In this document: piece by piece, positions 10,908 through 20,225 of the stretch
How positions within the stretch are numbered: the stretch's first letter is position 1
How the letters are laid out: each line of letters begins with the position of its first letter
Assembly (NCBI GenBank): GCA_964248365.1
Contig: CAXTYC010000028.1
Location: forward strand, 8,470 to 72,469
Reading direction: 5' to 3'
Length of the DNA: 64,000 nucleotides
Source of the DNA: an uncultured Chroococcidiopsis sp.
GTDB lineage: Bacteria; Cyanobacteriota; Cyanobacteriia; Cyanobacteriales; Chroococcidiopsidaceae
Program-made: the position numbers and the translations under genes
Notes under the pieces: generated by a model
Seen by the model: the letters and a program-made list of their open reading frames with translations, nothing else
What the model was told of the DNA's origin: nothing
The model's database searches: none

Positions 10908-11204
10908 TTACTCTGCATATCTCCTTTGCCCACCACCACCGCGCCGAAAGTTGTTGTTTTCTTCGCGTGGCTTGGCTTTATTGACTCTGAGCTGTCGCCC
11001 CATCCACTCAGCTCCATCTAATTCTGTAATTGCCGCCTCTTCTTGGGCATCCTCCATCATATCAACAAAGGCAAAACCCCGCATTCGCCCCGATTCTCTA
11101 TCCATCGGTAAGACAATTCGTTTAATTGTGCCGTAATCTGTAAACACTTCTCTCAAGTCTTCTTCAGTAGCACGGTAAGAAAGGTTTCCAACGTAGATAG
11201 TCAT
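10908..11204 (-). CDS. RRM-type RNA-binding protein (Rbp family)
   Basis: IYVGNL (RNP2), RGFAFV (RNP1), short Gly-rich tail; ATG at 11204. Confidence 0.95.
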   Translation of the reverse strand: MTIYVGNLSYRATEEDLREVFTDYGTIKRIVLPMDRESGRMRGFAFVDMMEDAQEEAAITELDGAEWMGRQLRVNKAKPREENNNFRRGGGGQRRYAE

Positions 11205-11529
11205 ATCGATCACGCAAGTCTGAACGAAAAGCATAAGTTCAGATCTAGATACAGACTACCAAGTTTGCAAACAAGAGCAAATTTTCGTCTGATTGACCAG
11301 TAATGAAGTTTAAAGGTTGACAACCACACAGGCAGCAGCTTCTAAAACTTAACCAGTAACAGGACTGAACTTACGCTTACCGTCTTATCATACCCCATCG
11401 GCTGGGTAGGTATTAGTCGCCTGTATTACAAATACTCTAAACGATTAGCCAGTAGCGATTAGCGAGTAGCTGTAACTGGTAGTTGGTAGTTGGTAATAGC
11501 TAACAGCGCACCTGCTAACCGCTGACAGC

Positions 11530-11748
11530 TTAATCAATTGAAATCGTTTGAGGTCCAGCAGTTTTACCGTTGTGCGCCCCACTTGTCGAAGTAGTGTAGC
11601 TAGTCGAAGTCCTTTGCCCGTCGAGCCAGCTTTTCACAGGATCATCAGCTAGGCTGAGTCTCAGTACGCCAGAGACAAAGCCTCCTAAGAATGAAACGGG
11701 GTGCTGTGTCAATTCTTTGAAGAGCGGAGTCAATTCATCAAGAAACAT
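11530..11748 (-). CDS. Small conserved hypothetical protein
   Basis: 72-aa ATG-started ORF (PVSFLGGFVSGVLRLSLADDPVKSWL) resembling a conserved cyanobacterial/plastid small protein. Confidence 0.7.
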   Translation of the reverse strand: MFLDELTPLFKELTQHPVSFLGGFVSGVLRLSLADDPVKSWLDGQRTSTSYTTSTSGAHNGKTAGPQTISID

Positions 11749-11966
11749 ATAGAGTATCCTATGCCTTTGTATTCATTGTCTGTCGGAATTCTAGCGTGTG
11801 AATAGAGTAGTTAGGGAGTAGGGGCGTTTAAGAGGGACTAGGGGCTAGGGGCAAAGGGGCTAGGGAAAGAGGGACAACCCGACAAGGGGACAAGGGGAAA
11901 CTACATCAATTCTCCCCCCTCCTGTTCTAGTTCCTCTAGCCCCTAGTTCCTTTGCCCCTAGCCTCT

Positions 11967-14900
11967 CTATTTTGATTGGGGATTTTGTTCGGGCATGATG
12001 CATTTGTCAGAGTCGCAACCGGATGGACCTGCTTCGGTTAATTCATCTAAATCATAGCGATTTAGTGCTGCCTGAAAATCAGCGGTTTTGCGTTGCTTTT
12101 CTACTTGTATGAGCAACTGCTCATACAATTGTTTTGTGATTGGCTCGAAAGGTAAGCGGGGAAAACTTTGATGAGCATCAAATCGTGCCAAAAGTGCAGC
12201 TGAAATATAACCTTCATCATCTTGGATAGTTTGATAAATTCTTTCGCCCAAAGCTTCTACTTCGTTTTCTCGTAGCTCAATTGTGGCTGAGGTGTTATGG
12301 GTGACGTAGAATTTTTGCACCTGCATATAAAAATCCATCTGTGCCAAGGCGCTAAACTTGCTGATATCAATTTCATCAGCACCTGGTAAGTCAGCCCAAG
12401 GAACAGCAACAGGGATTTCTACTAACCATTCTGTACAACGCGAGTCAAAGGGATCGTTTAACAGATTTCCGTTTTTATCTTTATCAGATTGAGAAGGAAC
12501 AACGTTGTATCCATAGTCAATGCAAGCTAGTGCTACGGGGTCATTTTTGCGAAATGTGATGCGTCTAATGAAACGTTGCGCTTTGGGAGGATGCCAACCT
12601 GGAGATGCACCAGTAAGTAGGGATTTAGTGCCACTTGGTTGGACAGTGGTGCAGCGATTTGGACGTTTTATGTTGTGGCGATCGCAATAATCCCATACTA
12701 CTTGCTGCACAATTTCTTTCCAGCGACTTAAATATTCCTGTTCTTGCTGTTTAAATGCTCTTCCTTCTGGCGTTTCTGGTCTTCCAGCCTCCCACCATTG
12801 CAACCATTTTACTCCCAAAGCATGAACAAAAAAGTCAAATAAACCTGTAAAAGATACGCCGACAATTGGGTCTAATTCCCGTGATTTTTGGTAACGTTCT
12901 TCTCCAAATTTATGATTCAACAAAGATGCAACAGATAGCGCTCCAGCCCTAAAAGCTTCCTCTTGTTCTTTATAGTTTTTCGGGTCAATTTGATTGAGGT
13001 GAATCTCCGAAAGATTGCAGTGGAAATTAGCACCAATTATTTCACCGCAAGGATTCAAGCCATATCTTGAAAGTCTATGTTCTATTTCTTCATTTGATAT
13101 TTTAGGAAAGTTATTCTGCACCCAAAAACGAGCTTTTTCTTTTGATGTTGCGTAAGTGAGGATAAACTCTTCCTTGAGTTCGGAACTATTCAAAATATCT
13201 GCATTAGCACGGGCGATGGCTTCACCAGCCCATTGAATAGCACCTTCGCCAGAATAATATTGCGTGCGAACTGCTTCAATACATTCTTCTAAACTAGGTT
13301 TGTGGTGAAATACTCTTGTATGGTTTGCCATCCTAAGCGCATCTCTTTGGGGATCTATGCGCCAGTTACCATTTTCATCTTGTTGCCAAAGATTACTTTT
13401 AGCTTGGGCAAATAGCTCATCTTCACTGGTACTTTGACGCATACCAGCGCTGTTGTGGACGAGTAAACCATCAGCAATAAATTCGTGGTTGCCTTCAACT
13501 TCAATATCAAAAGTTTCAGCTTGACCAGCTGGTGCAATGAATTGTACTTCCATTGGTAGCCAATGAGGATTAACGGCATCTTCCACAATCAGCGCGTCCC
13601 AATTAGCATCTCTATACTTTTGATTGTTTTTGGACGGATGAATTAAATCCGACGGAAATTTCTTTACAGATGGTCGCCAACCTGCAACAGCAGCTTCTTG
13701 GACAAACTGATACGGTAGGGAAAGTCCGTTTTTCTTCCCAGTTTTTAATCTAAATCCATCATGAACAGCAAACTGATTAATTAGCGCCACTGCTAGGGCT
13801 TGTGACTGTAAACCACGAATGTGGAGCCAGTGACAACCTTCATAAACCAAATCCCGTCCTACAAGGGTTTTGGAGGAGCGCTCATGCACTCTAGTAGCGA
13901 TCCCCAAAGATAGGGCTAGGCGCTGCACATCTCGCAAGAATTCCAATTTATTCGAGTTAAGCAGTACATTACGGGAAGGAGTGCCGTCTGCGTCACTTAG
14001 TCCTGCTAAAAATGCTGCTCGAATCTCACGAGAACCGCGCCAAACAAATTCAGGAATTACTGGTGTTCCCCACGCTTGTTTATACTGACCTAGTTCCAGC
14101 GCTAACTCCTTGCGGTAAATAAGGATATGAGCATAAGTTTCTTGAATATGCACTGCAGGGTTGTGACCCAAACTCGTCAAGATTCTTAAAATTTTTTGTC
14201 CTAGCCCACCATGTAGGCGGTTGGTTGAAATAGCAAAGCTTACACTACCTCCGCCGCCATTGCGTTTTGTTGACTGGATATCTGCATGACCATCACCAAG
14301 GAAAAATCCAACCAGCCAAGCGTAATCTGTTGTAGAACAAGGTAAGCCTTTGGTATGAGGTACGCAAATCAGGCGATCGCCCTTTTGGAGTTCACAAGAG
14401 CGCTTCCATTTATATGAGCGCAACCCATCATACACAGCTACACGGTGGTTAGCTGTACAGCGGATTGAAGCAGCAGTAGTTCGGATTTCGAGAACATCTT
14501 GAACGCCCTGAATAAATTTGTTTAATACAGGGCGGTACTCGCCCGATGAAGTTAAAACCAAATCTCCAACTTGGATGTCTTGTATCGGCAGCATACCGTG
14601 AGCGGCACAAACCCTTGTCCCGTAAGCAATACAGCGGCGGACGTTCCCAGCAACTACAACAACAGCAGCTTCATCAATTAACAGACAACATTCCACAGAA
14701 TTGAGTTGTCTACCTACAGCTTTATTCAGAATAGTTGCACAACGAGTATACAGTTCTGGTAATTTAACTGGGTTGGCAACGCCGCCAAATCCTTTGAGTT
14801 TTTCCCCAACTGGACGCACATCGCCCAAATCGATTTGAACAGTTACTTCTTTTGAAAATCGCTCATCTGTAGATAGTTCTAGTAAAGTTTGATAAGACTT

Positions 14901-15455
14901 TACCCAACCTCGGCGACTATCTCCAACGCGGATTTTGACTGTATTACCTTCGATATTGATGCTGGTTTGTTCTTGCCGTTTACTCGCTTTCGTAGTGCCA
15001 ATTTCACCTACAACAATAACATTGAGGTGATTACGAATTGGTGGCAGAGAGTTGATGTATTGTGGTTCGAGGAGTGCACCTGTACCACAGCCCATCATTG
15101 CTAAATCCATCATCAAGCCAAAGGCTCGCCAGTCCACTACATTGGTCGAGGTACAATTGTATGCCCCAGAATAGTTTTCAGGCAGATCGATCCAATCGGT
15201 TCCGCCCACCCATAGCCATCGTCCGCTGGGTAGAGATTTCAGCTCGTGCTGCATTTTTTCTATGATGGCGGCTTCAGAGGGTGTAAGGAAGCCTAACTCG
15301 ATTAATCCTCGCAAGGTGCGATCGCACACTTCTTCCCAAGTCTCACGCCGTCCTGATATCCTACGGCTGTAAGTCCTATAAAATACTGGGTTAGCTGCTG
15401 GGGCTGTCTGGGGAAACTGAACTGTTTGGCGTACCCGCTCTAAATCTCGCACCAT
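11967..15455 (-). CDS. nrdJ: Adenosylcobalamin-dependent ribonucleoside-triphosphate reductase (class II) containing an intein
   Basis: RTYSR, SGRWLW, GAYNC, AGNVRR|SA, GLNPCGEI, TTVQPSGT, C-terminal CDSDKC; ATG at 15455. Confidence 0.95.
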   Translation of the reverse strand: MVRDLERVRQTVQFPQTAPAANPVFYRTYSRRISGRRETWEEVCDRTLRGLIELGFLTPSEAAIIEKMQHELKSLPSGRWLWVGGTDWIDLPENYSGAYNCTSTNVVDWRAFGLMMDLAMMGCGTGALLEPQYINSLPPIRNHLNVIVVGEIGTTKASKRQEQTSINIEGNTVKIRVGDSRRGWVKSYQTLLELSTDERFSKEVTVQIDLGDVRPVGEKLKGFGGVANPVKLPELYTRCATILNKAVGRQLNSVECCLLIDEAAVVVVAGNVRRCIAYGTRVCAAHGMLPIQDIQVGDLVLTSSGEYRPVLNKFIQGVQDVLEIRTTAASIRCTANHRVAVYDGLRSYKWKRSCELQKGDRLICVPHTKGLPCSTTDYAWLVGFFLGDGHADIQSTKRNGGGGSVSFAISTNRLHGGLGQKILRILTSLGHNPAVHIQETYAHILIYRKELALELGQYKQAWGTPVIPEFVWRGSREIRAAFLAGLSDADGTPSRNVLLNSNKLEFLRDVQRLALSLGIATRVHERSSKTLVGRDLVYEGCHWLHIRGLQSQALAVALINQFAVHDGFRLKTGKKNGLSLPYQFVQEAAVAGWRPSVKKFPSDLIHPSKNNQKYRDANWDALIVEDAVNPHWLPMEVQFIAPAGQAETFDIEVEGNHEFIADGLLVHNSAGMRQSTSEDELFAQAKSNLWQQDENGNWRIDPQRDALRMANHTRVFHHKPSLEECIEAVRTQYYSGEGAIQWAGEAIARANADILNSSELKEEFILTYATSKEKARFWVQNNFPKISNEEIEHRLSRYGLNPCGEIIGANFHCNLSEIHLNQIDPKNYKEQEEAFRAGALSVASLLNHKFGEERYQKSRELDPIVGVSFTGLFDFFVHALGVKWLQWWEAGRPETPEGRAFKQQEQEYLSRWKEIVQQVVWDYCDRHNIKRPNRCTTVQPSGTKSLLTGASPGWHPPKAQRFIRRITFRKNDPVALACIDYGYNVVPSQSDKDKNGNLLNDPFDSRCTEWLVEIPVAVPWADLPGADEIDISKFSALAQMDFYMQVQKFYVTHNTSATIELRENEVEALGERIYQTIQDDEGYISAALLARFDAHQSFPRLPFEPITKQLYEQLLIQVEKQRKTADFQAALNRYDLDELTEAGPSGCDSDKCIMPEQNPQSK
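13452..14633 (-). mobile_element. Intein (394 aa) with a LAGLIDADG homing endonuclease
   Basis: Starts CIAYGTRV, has block B TANHRV, motifs LVGFFLGDG and FLAGLSDADG, and ends FDIEVEGNHEFIADGLLVHN followed by a +1 Ser. Confidence 0.95.
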
Positions 15456-15527
15456 AGAAAAAGTCTTGTTATTTAAAGACAGATTAAGAATATAAGCCCT
15501 GCTCTTAAATAGATCAAGACTGCCCAA

Positions 15528-15584
15528 ATTACATATATAGTGGTAAAGGGTGCAAATTTAATAAATCTGCCCTAGCTATAGGGG
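15528..15584 (-). promoter_or_regulatory. Pair of NrdR-box-like sites upstream of nrdJ
   Basis: Minus strand CCACTATATATGTAAT (15528-15543) and CCCCTATAGCTAGGGC (15569-15584) resemble the NrdR consensus; they are offset by 41 bp. Confidence 0.5.
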
Positions 15585-15594
15585 GTATACTAGT

Positions 15595-16737
15595 TCAACT
15601 TAATTGATGCCGGAACTGACGGATACTCAAACTCATCAGCACGGCGGCGAAAATGAGTAAAATCACTACCTGATGCCAGAGCGTCTCTATACCAACTCCT
15701 TTGAGCAAAACTCCGCGACAGACTTCGATAAAATAGCGCATGGGATCAAGATAAGTCAACCATTGCATGAAGGTTGGCATAGAGGTAATTGGAGTAGTAG
15801 CTCCAGACAATAGAACTAAAGGTGGATTGACAAAAAAAGCTGTTAATTGAGTCTGCTGTTCGCTTTTTGAATAGGTAGCAATGAGAATGCCGATGCTGAT
15901 ACCCACCCAGAAGTAAAGTATGGCAATAATCAGGAACACCAGTAAATTACCCCGCAGCGGTACACTAAACACTAGTCTTGCTAAAACAAGAGCGATTAAG
16001 ACATCACTTGTAAGCAATACTAGTAATGGACAGACCTTTGCAAGGATCACCTCTGTATTTGAGGCTGGAGTCATAATCAACTGCTCGATAGTTCCCGCTT
16101 CTTTTTCCCGTACTACCAATGAAGCAGCTGCTTGAGAACCGATTACCGTCAGCACCACTCCAATTAGACCTGAGACAATAAACCAAGAGGTTTCCAGCCC
16201 AGGATTATATAACACTGATGTCTGAACCTGCACCCTTCGCTTTACAGTTGGCGCAAGGCGGGTATTGAGTTGACGCAAGTTGTAATCGTTGACTAATTGA
16301 CTGACATAGCTCGAAGCAATTCTTGCTGTATTGGCATCTACAGCATCGTACAGAGCCTGCACCGAAGCTGTGCGCCTGCGGGCAATGTCATTATCGAATT
16401 CTGGTGGAATCGTAATCCCGACTGTCAGCTTACCCGTAGCTAAATCAGCAGCCATATCTTCTTGGTCGCTATAGTACCGACTAACCACAAAAGCATCAGT
16501 CTGTTGGAATATTTCAATAAACTCACGCGCAGCCCTGCTATTGCCACCGTCAGTGATGCCAACCTTCAAGTCTTGAAAATCAGGACTCAGAGCAAAGCCA
16601 AATACAATTAAAAAGACAGTGGGTGGAACCAACAATTGAATTACTAGCTGACGATTACGAAATATCTGAGCAAATTCTTTTTTAAATAATGCCCAAAAGC
16701 GACTGCCCAAAATTGTGTCTATTAGTTGAGTAAACAT
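15595..16737 (-). CDS. ABC-2 type exporter permease (YbhR-like)
   Basis: N-terminal TM, extracytoplasmic loop, YNPGL, REKEAGTIEQL, multi-TM C-terminus. Confidence 0.9.
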   Translation of the reverse strand: MFTQLIDTILGSRFWALFKKEFAQIFRNRQLVIQLLVPPTVFLIVFGFALSPDFQDLKVGITDGGNSRAAREFIEIFQQTDAFVVSRYYSDQEDMAADLATGKLTVGITIPPEFDNDIARRRTASVQALYDAVDANTARIASSYVSQLVNDYNLRQLNTRLAPTVKRRVQVQTSVLYNPGLETSWFIVSGLIGVVLTVIGSQAAASLVVREKEAGTIEQLIMTPASNTEVILAKVCPLLVLLTSDVLIALVLARLVFSVPLRGNLLVFLIIAILYFWVGISIGILIATYSKSEQQTQLTAFFVNPPLVLLSGATTPITSMPTFMQWLTYLDPMRYFIEVCRGVLLKGVGIETLWHQVVILLIFAAVLMSLSIRQFRHQLS

Positions 16738-16747
16738 TAGGATCTCA

Positions 16748-16987
16748 CTTGATGAGTGGCAAGAGGTTACAGGAAGCGCGAGGAAATTAGATATATAACT
16801 TGAGTAAATGAGGCTCCGTCTCTATTTTTGGTGACAAGGCTAAGCCTTGCCTTTGAGGGTTAGGAGGCAAGAGCCTCCTGGCAATCTTGGCAGATGCAAG
16901 ATATGAGTAAATCCAAGGCTCCAAAATCGCTTGACGAGTGGCAAGAGGTTAGAGGAAGCGCGAGGAAATTAGATATATAACTTGAGT
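16748..16987. repeat. 58-bp direct repeat, two copies
   Basis: CTTGAYGAGTGGCAAGAGGTTASAGGAAGCGCGAGGAAATTAGATATATAACTTGAGT at 16748-16805 and 16930-16987. Confidence 0.9.
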
Positions 16988-17016
16988 TATTAGGAGCAAA
17001 AGGAGACAATTACGAA

Positions 17017-18129
17017 TTACGAACTAACTTGCATTTTTTGCAATTTGCGCCAAGCTAGGAAGAAAAAGAAACTTGTTAGTAGTGTCAAAGCCAGCATTTG
17101 AAACCAGACTCCCAACCAACCCACACCGCGAACATAGGTATCGCGTGTCAACTCAATGTAGTACCTAGCTGGGATAATATTGGAAATCCAACGAATAGCA
17201 ACGGGAATATTAGCTATTGGGTAGACGAAGCCGGATAACTGGAGTGATAACAAAAAGGCGGTGAAGGAAACTGCTTGGATTGCAGCACTCTGAATTTTGG
17301 TATTGCTGCCGATAAAGATGCCCCAAAATACACCACAAGCAATGTAAAGAGCCGAACCCAAAATCATGGGAGTGGGATCGCCTGCAAACCATAAACCGAA
17401 GAACAGCCATGCCTCTAGATTCACTAACAACACTTCTGCCATGCCCACTAGCCAGAAGGCAGCTGCTAACCCTAGCAAGTATTCAGTGCCTGAAAGGCTA
17501 GAGGCGTAAACCTGGATGATGGTTCCCTGTTCATGCTCTTTGGCTACAGCTAAGCTAGCAAGAAGAGGGGGAAATAAAGTGACAGTAAGCGCTAAAGCCC
17601 CAGGGCCAATGTATCTCAAGGTATCTAAGCCAGGATTATACCATAGGCGCGATTGGAGGCTTACGGGAAGCGTCTTATTGCCTTGCAAATTTTCCACAAA
17701 TGTGTTATTGGTTGCTTTGGCATAGCCTCGGACAATGTTGGCAGTGTTGGCATCAGTGCCATCTACTAAGATTTGTACTTGGGCGACACGTCCTAGTCGC
17801 TGTAAGTCGCGTGAAAACTCTGGCGGGATAATCAATCCGGCTGAGATACTACCGCGATCTAGTAGTCGAGGTACATCCACTGTCGCACCTTGAGCAACTA
17901 TTTTAAACTTGTTGGTGCGTTCAAACGTGGCAATATACTCGCGGCTAGTAGGTGTGCGATCTAGATCCTGAATGGCAAAGTTAATTTTGTTGACTTCTAG
18001 CGAGACGGCAAAGCCAAACAGCAGTAGAAGAATTAATGGCAACCCTAATGCTAGGGTTAGGGTAAGGCGATCGCGCCCTAGTTGTGTTAGTTCTTTGATC
18101 GTCTGGGCAAAGATACGTTTTGGTCGCAT
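17017..18129 (-). CDS. ABC-2 type exporter permease (YbhS-like)
   Basis: VDGTDAN, WYNPGL, KEHEQGT, multiple TM segments. Confidence 0.9.
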   Translation of the reverse strand: MRPKRIFAQTIKELTQLGRDRLTLTLALGLPLILLLLFGFAVSLEVNKINFAIQDLDRTPTSREYIATFERTNKFKIVAQGATVDVPRLLDRGSISAGLIIPPEFSRDLQRLGRVAQVQILVDGTDANTANIVRGYAKATNNTFVENLQGNKTLPVSLQSRLWYNPGLDTLRYIGPGALALTVTLFPPLLASLAVAKEHEQGTIIQVYASSLSGTEYLLGLAAAFWLVGMAEVLLVNLEAWLFFGLWFAGDPTPMILGSALYIACGVFWGIFIGSNTKIQSAAIQAVSFTAFLLSLQLSGFVYPIANIPVAIRWISNIIPARYYIELTRDTYVRGVGWLGVWFQMLALTLLTSFFFFLAWRKLQKMQVSS

Positions 18130-18137
18130 ACTGATTT

Positions 18138-18181
18138 GAGTTTTTAGATTTATGTCGCGCCTCGACGCAAAGGCGCTAAGG
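18138..18181. repeat. Short dispersed repeat; an inverted copy lies at about 46948-46988
   Basis: GAGTTTTTAGATTTATGTCGCGCCTCGACGCAAAGGCGCTAAG versus the reverse complement of 46948-46988, GAGTTTTGATTTATGTCGCGCAAAGGCGCAAAGGCGCTAAG. Confidence 0.75.
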
Positions 18182-18204
18182 AAGGAAGGGAAGGAAGAGG
18201 GGGT

Positions 18205-20181
18205 TTAATTGGTTGGTATGTCTAAGCCACGTTGCCGCGCTTGCTCTACTACACTGATAAATACGTCTTCAAGTGAAAATTCAATTTCTCTGTGGCTTTT
18301 AACTGTTATGCCAGCCGCTTGAAGCCAGGTTTGGATGGCGGGAATTTGGATACGTGGATCTTCTAAAATGGTGTGCAGGCGAGAACCGAAGATGGAGACT
18401 CGCCAAGGAGCGAATTTTTCTTTAAGAAGATCGGATGCTTTTTGTAGTGGGCTACACTCCCATTCCACTAATTGCCCAGGTTGCTCATCTTTGACTGATC
18501 GCGGTGTTCCTTGCGCCACGAGTTCTCCTGCTACCATAAATCCTAAGCGGTGACACTGTTCGGCTTCTTCTAGGTAGTGTGTAGTCACTAGAATAGCCAT
18601 ACCTTCACGGGCGAAATAATTTATCCAGCGCCAAAATTCTCTTCTTGCTAGAGGATCAACGCCGGATGTTGGTTCGTCTAGAAACACGACTTTCGGCTCG
18701 TGCATCACTGCTGCACCAAAAGCTACTCGCTGCTTCCATCCTCCTGGTAAGTCACCAGTCAGCCTATCTTCTTGACCTATTAAATCACTCATTTGGAGTA
18801 CCCAGTTTTTCTTCGCTCGTCGATAACGACGAGGTATGCCATAAACGCCGCAGTAAAACTCTAGGTTTTGTCCAATTGTTAGATCATCATAGAGGGTGAA
18901 TTTTTGCGACATATAGCCGATTTTCTGTCGCACTTTTGCACTACGTAATTGCCCTGTTTCCCCTGCCAAGCTTAATTTACCGGAACTGATTGGTAGTAAA
19001 CCACAGAGCATTTTAATTGTGGTTGTCTTCCCAGCACCATTTGCTCCCAAAAGACCAAATACTTCACCATATTTAATGTCTAAATTAATATCTTTGACGG
19101 CGTGAAAATTACCAAAAACTTTATTTAAGTTTTGCGCCCCGATCGCTGTTTGGGTAGATTGTTCCTCGTTATAAATTCGCGGAAAATTAGCCGCCTTACT
19201 ATCACCCTTGAGTTCCCGCAACCGAGCAACAAAGGTGTTTTCAAGAGTTGGGGTATCGGTGGTAATGTGTTCAATTGGAATTTGTTGCTGCTGCAAGATG
19301 CACTCAATGCGATCGCCTGTTTCTTTGGGTTGTGGTGTCAACACATCCAAGCGATCGCCAAAGCGTTGCACGTCAGAGACTACATCCTGCAAATCAGCAT
19401 TACTTTTGAGGATGTCTCCAGCTCGATCTAACTGTGCTACAGGTAGATAAACTTCTAACCTTTGCACCCCCAAACTAGCTTTCACTTGCGCTGGTGTGTC
19501 ACACTGTTGGATTTTGCCGTCATACATCAAAGCAATCCGCGAACAGCGCTCTGCTTCGTCTAGGTAAGGGGTAGCGACTACCCCAGTCATGCCTTCCGCT
19601 GTCAGTTGTGCCAAAATGTCCCAAAACTCCCGCCGCGATACCGGATCTACACCTGTAGTTGGCTCATCTAACAGCAAGATTTGCGGTTGATGAATTAGAC
19701 AACAGCACAAAGCAAGTTTCTGCTTCATTCCCCCTGAAAGTTTTCCGGCTAGACGGTCTTTAAATTGTGCTAAATCTAGTAATTTGAGGTAGCGATCGCT
19801 ACGAGTTCTAAACGCCCCCTCACTTACTTCGCGCAAACCTGCTGCATAGCGCAAATTTTCCCAAATGCTCATATCTAGGTAAAGACTGAAGCGCTGGGTA
19901 AGGTAGCCAAGAAAGGGGCGCACATCGAGGGGACTCGCGCCCAGAACTTGGACAATGCCAGCTTTTTGAGGCATTACACCGGAAAGAATCTGAAATGTTG
20001 TAGTTTTTCCGGCTCCATCTGGTCCAATTAGTCCAAAAATCTCACCTTGATAAATATCTAAGTTAATTCCGGCTACGGCTTCAAGATTTTGCTTACCGTA
20101 GGAGTGCCGCAGATCCCGGATAGAAATTACGGGTGCTTGGGGGCGCTCGGTTTTATTAGCTACCAGTTGAGTTGCGGTCAT
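18205..20181 (-). CDS. ABC exporter ATP-binding protein with two NBDs (YbhF-like)
   Basis: Two Walker A motifs (GPDGAGKTT, GANGAGKTT), LSGGMKQ and LPGGWKQ, two LDEPT motifs. Confidence 0.95.
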   Translation of the reverse strand: MTATQLVANKTERPQAPVISIRDLRHSYGKQNLEAVAGINLDIYQGEIFGLIGPDGAGKTTTFQILSGVMPQKAGIVQVLGASPLDVRPFLGYLTQRFSLYLDMSIWENLRYAAGLREVSEGAFRTRSDRYLKLLDLAQFKDRLAGKLSGGMKQKLALCCCLIHQPQILLLDEPTTGVDPVSRREFWDILAQLTAEGMTGVVATPYLDEAERCSRIALMYDGKIQQCDTPAQVKASLGVQRLEVYLPVAQLDRAGDILKSNADLQDVVSDVQRFGDRLDVLTPQPKETGDRIECILQQQQIPIEHITTDTPTLENTFVARLRELKGDSKAANFPRIYNEEQSTQTAIGAQNLNKVFGNFHAVKDINLDIKYGEVFGLLGANGAGKTTTIKMLCGLLPISSGKLSLAGETGQLRSAKVRQKIGYMSQKFTLYDDLTIGQNLEFYCGVYGIPRRYRRAKKNWVLQMSDLIGQEDRLTGDLPGGWKQRVAFGAAVMHEPKVVFLDEPTSGVDPLARREFWRWINYFAREGMAILVTTHYLEEAEQCHRLGFMVAGELVAQGTPRSVKDEQPGQLVEWECSPLQKASDLLKEKFAPWRVSIFGSRLHTILEDPRIQIPAIQTWLQAAGITVKSHREIEFSLEDVFISVVEQARQRGLDIPTN

Positions 20182-20225
20182 AGGAGGGGTTAGAGGCGCT
20201 TAGGCTAGAGGTTAAGGGCTAGAGG

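Noticed and set aside
16748..16987. CRISPR mini-array
   Set aside because: The 58-bp repeat and 124-bp spacer are outside CRISPR size ranges, and there are only two copies.
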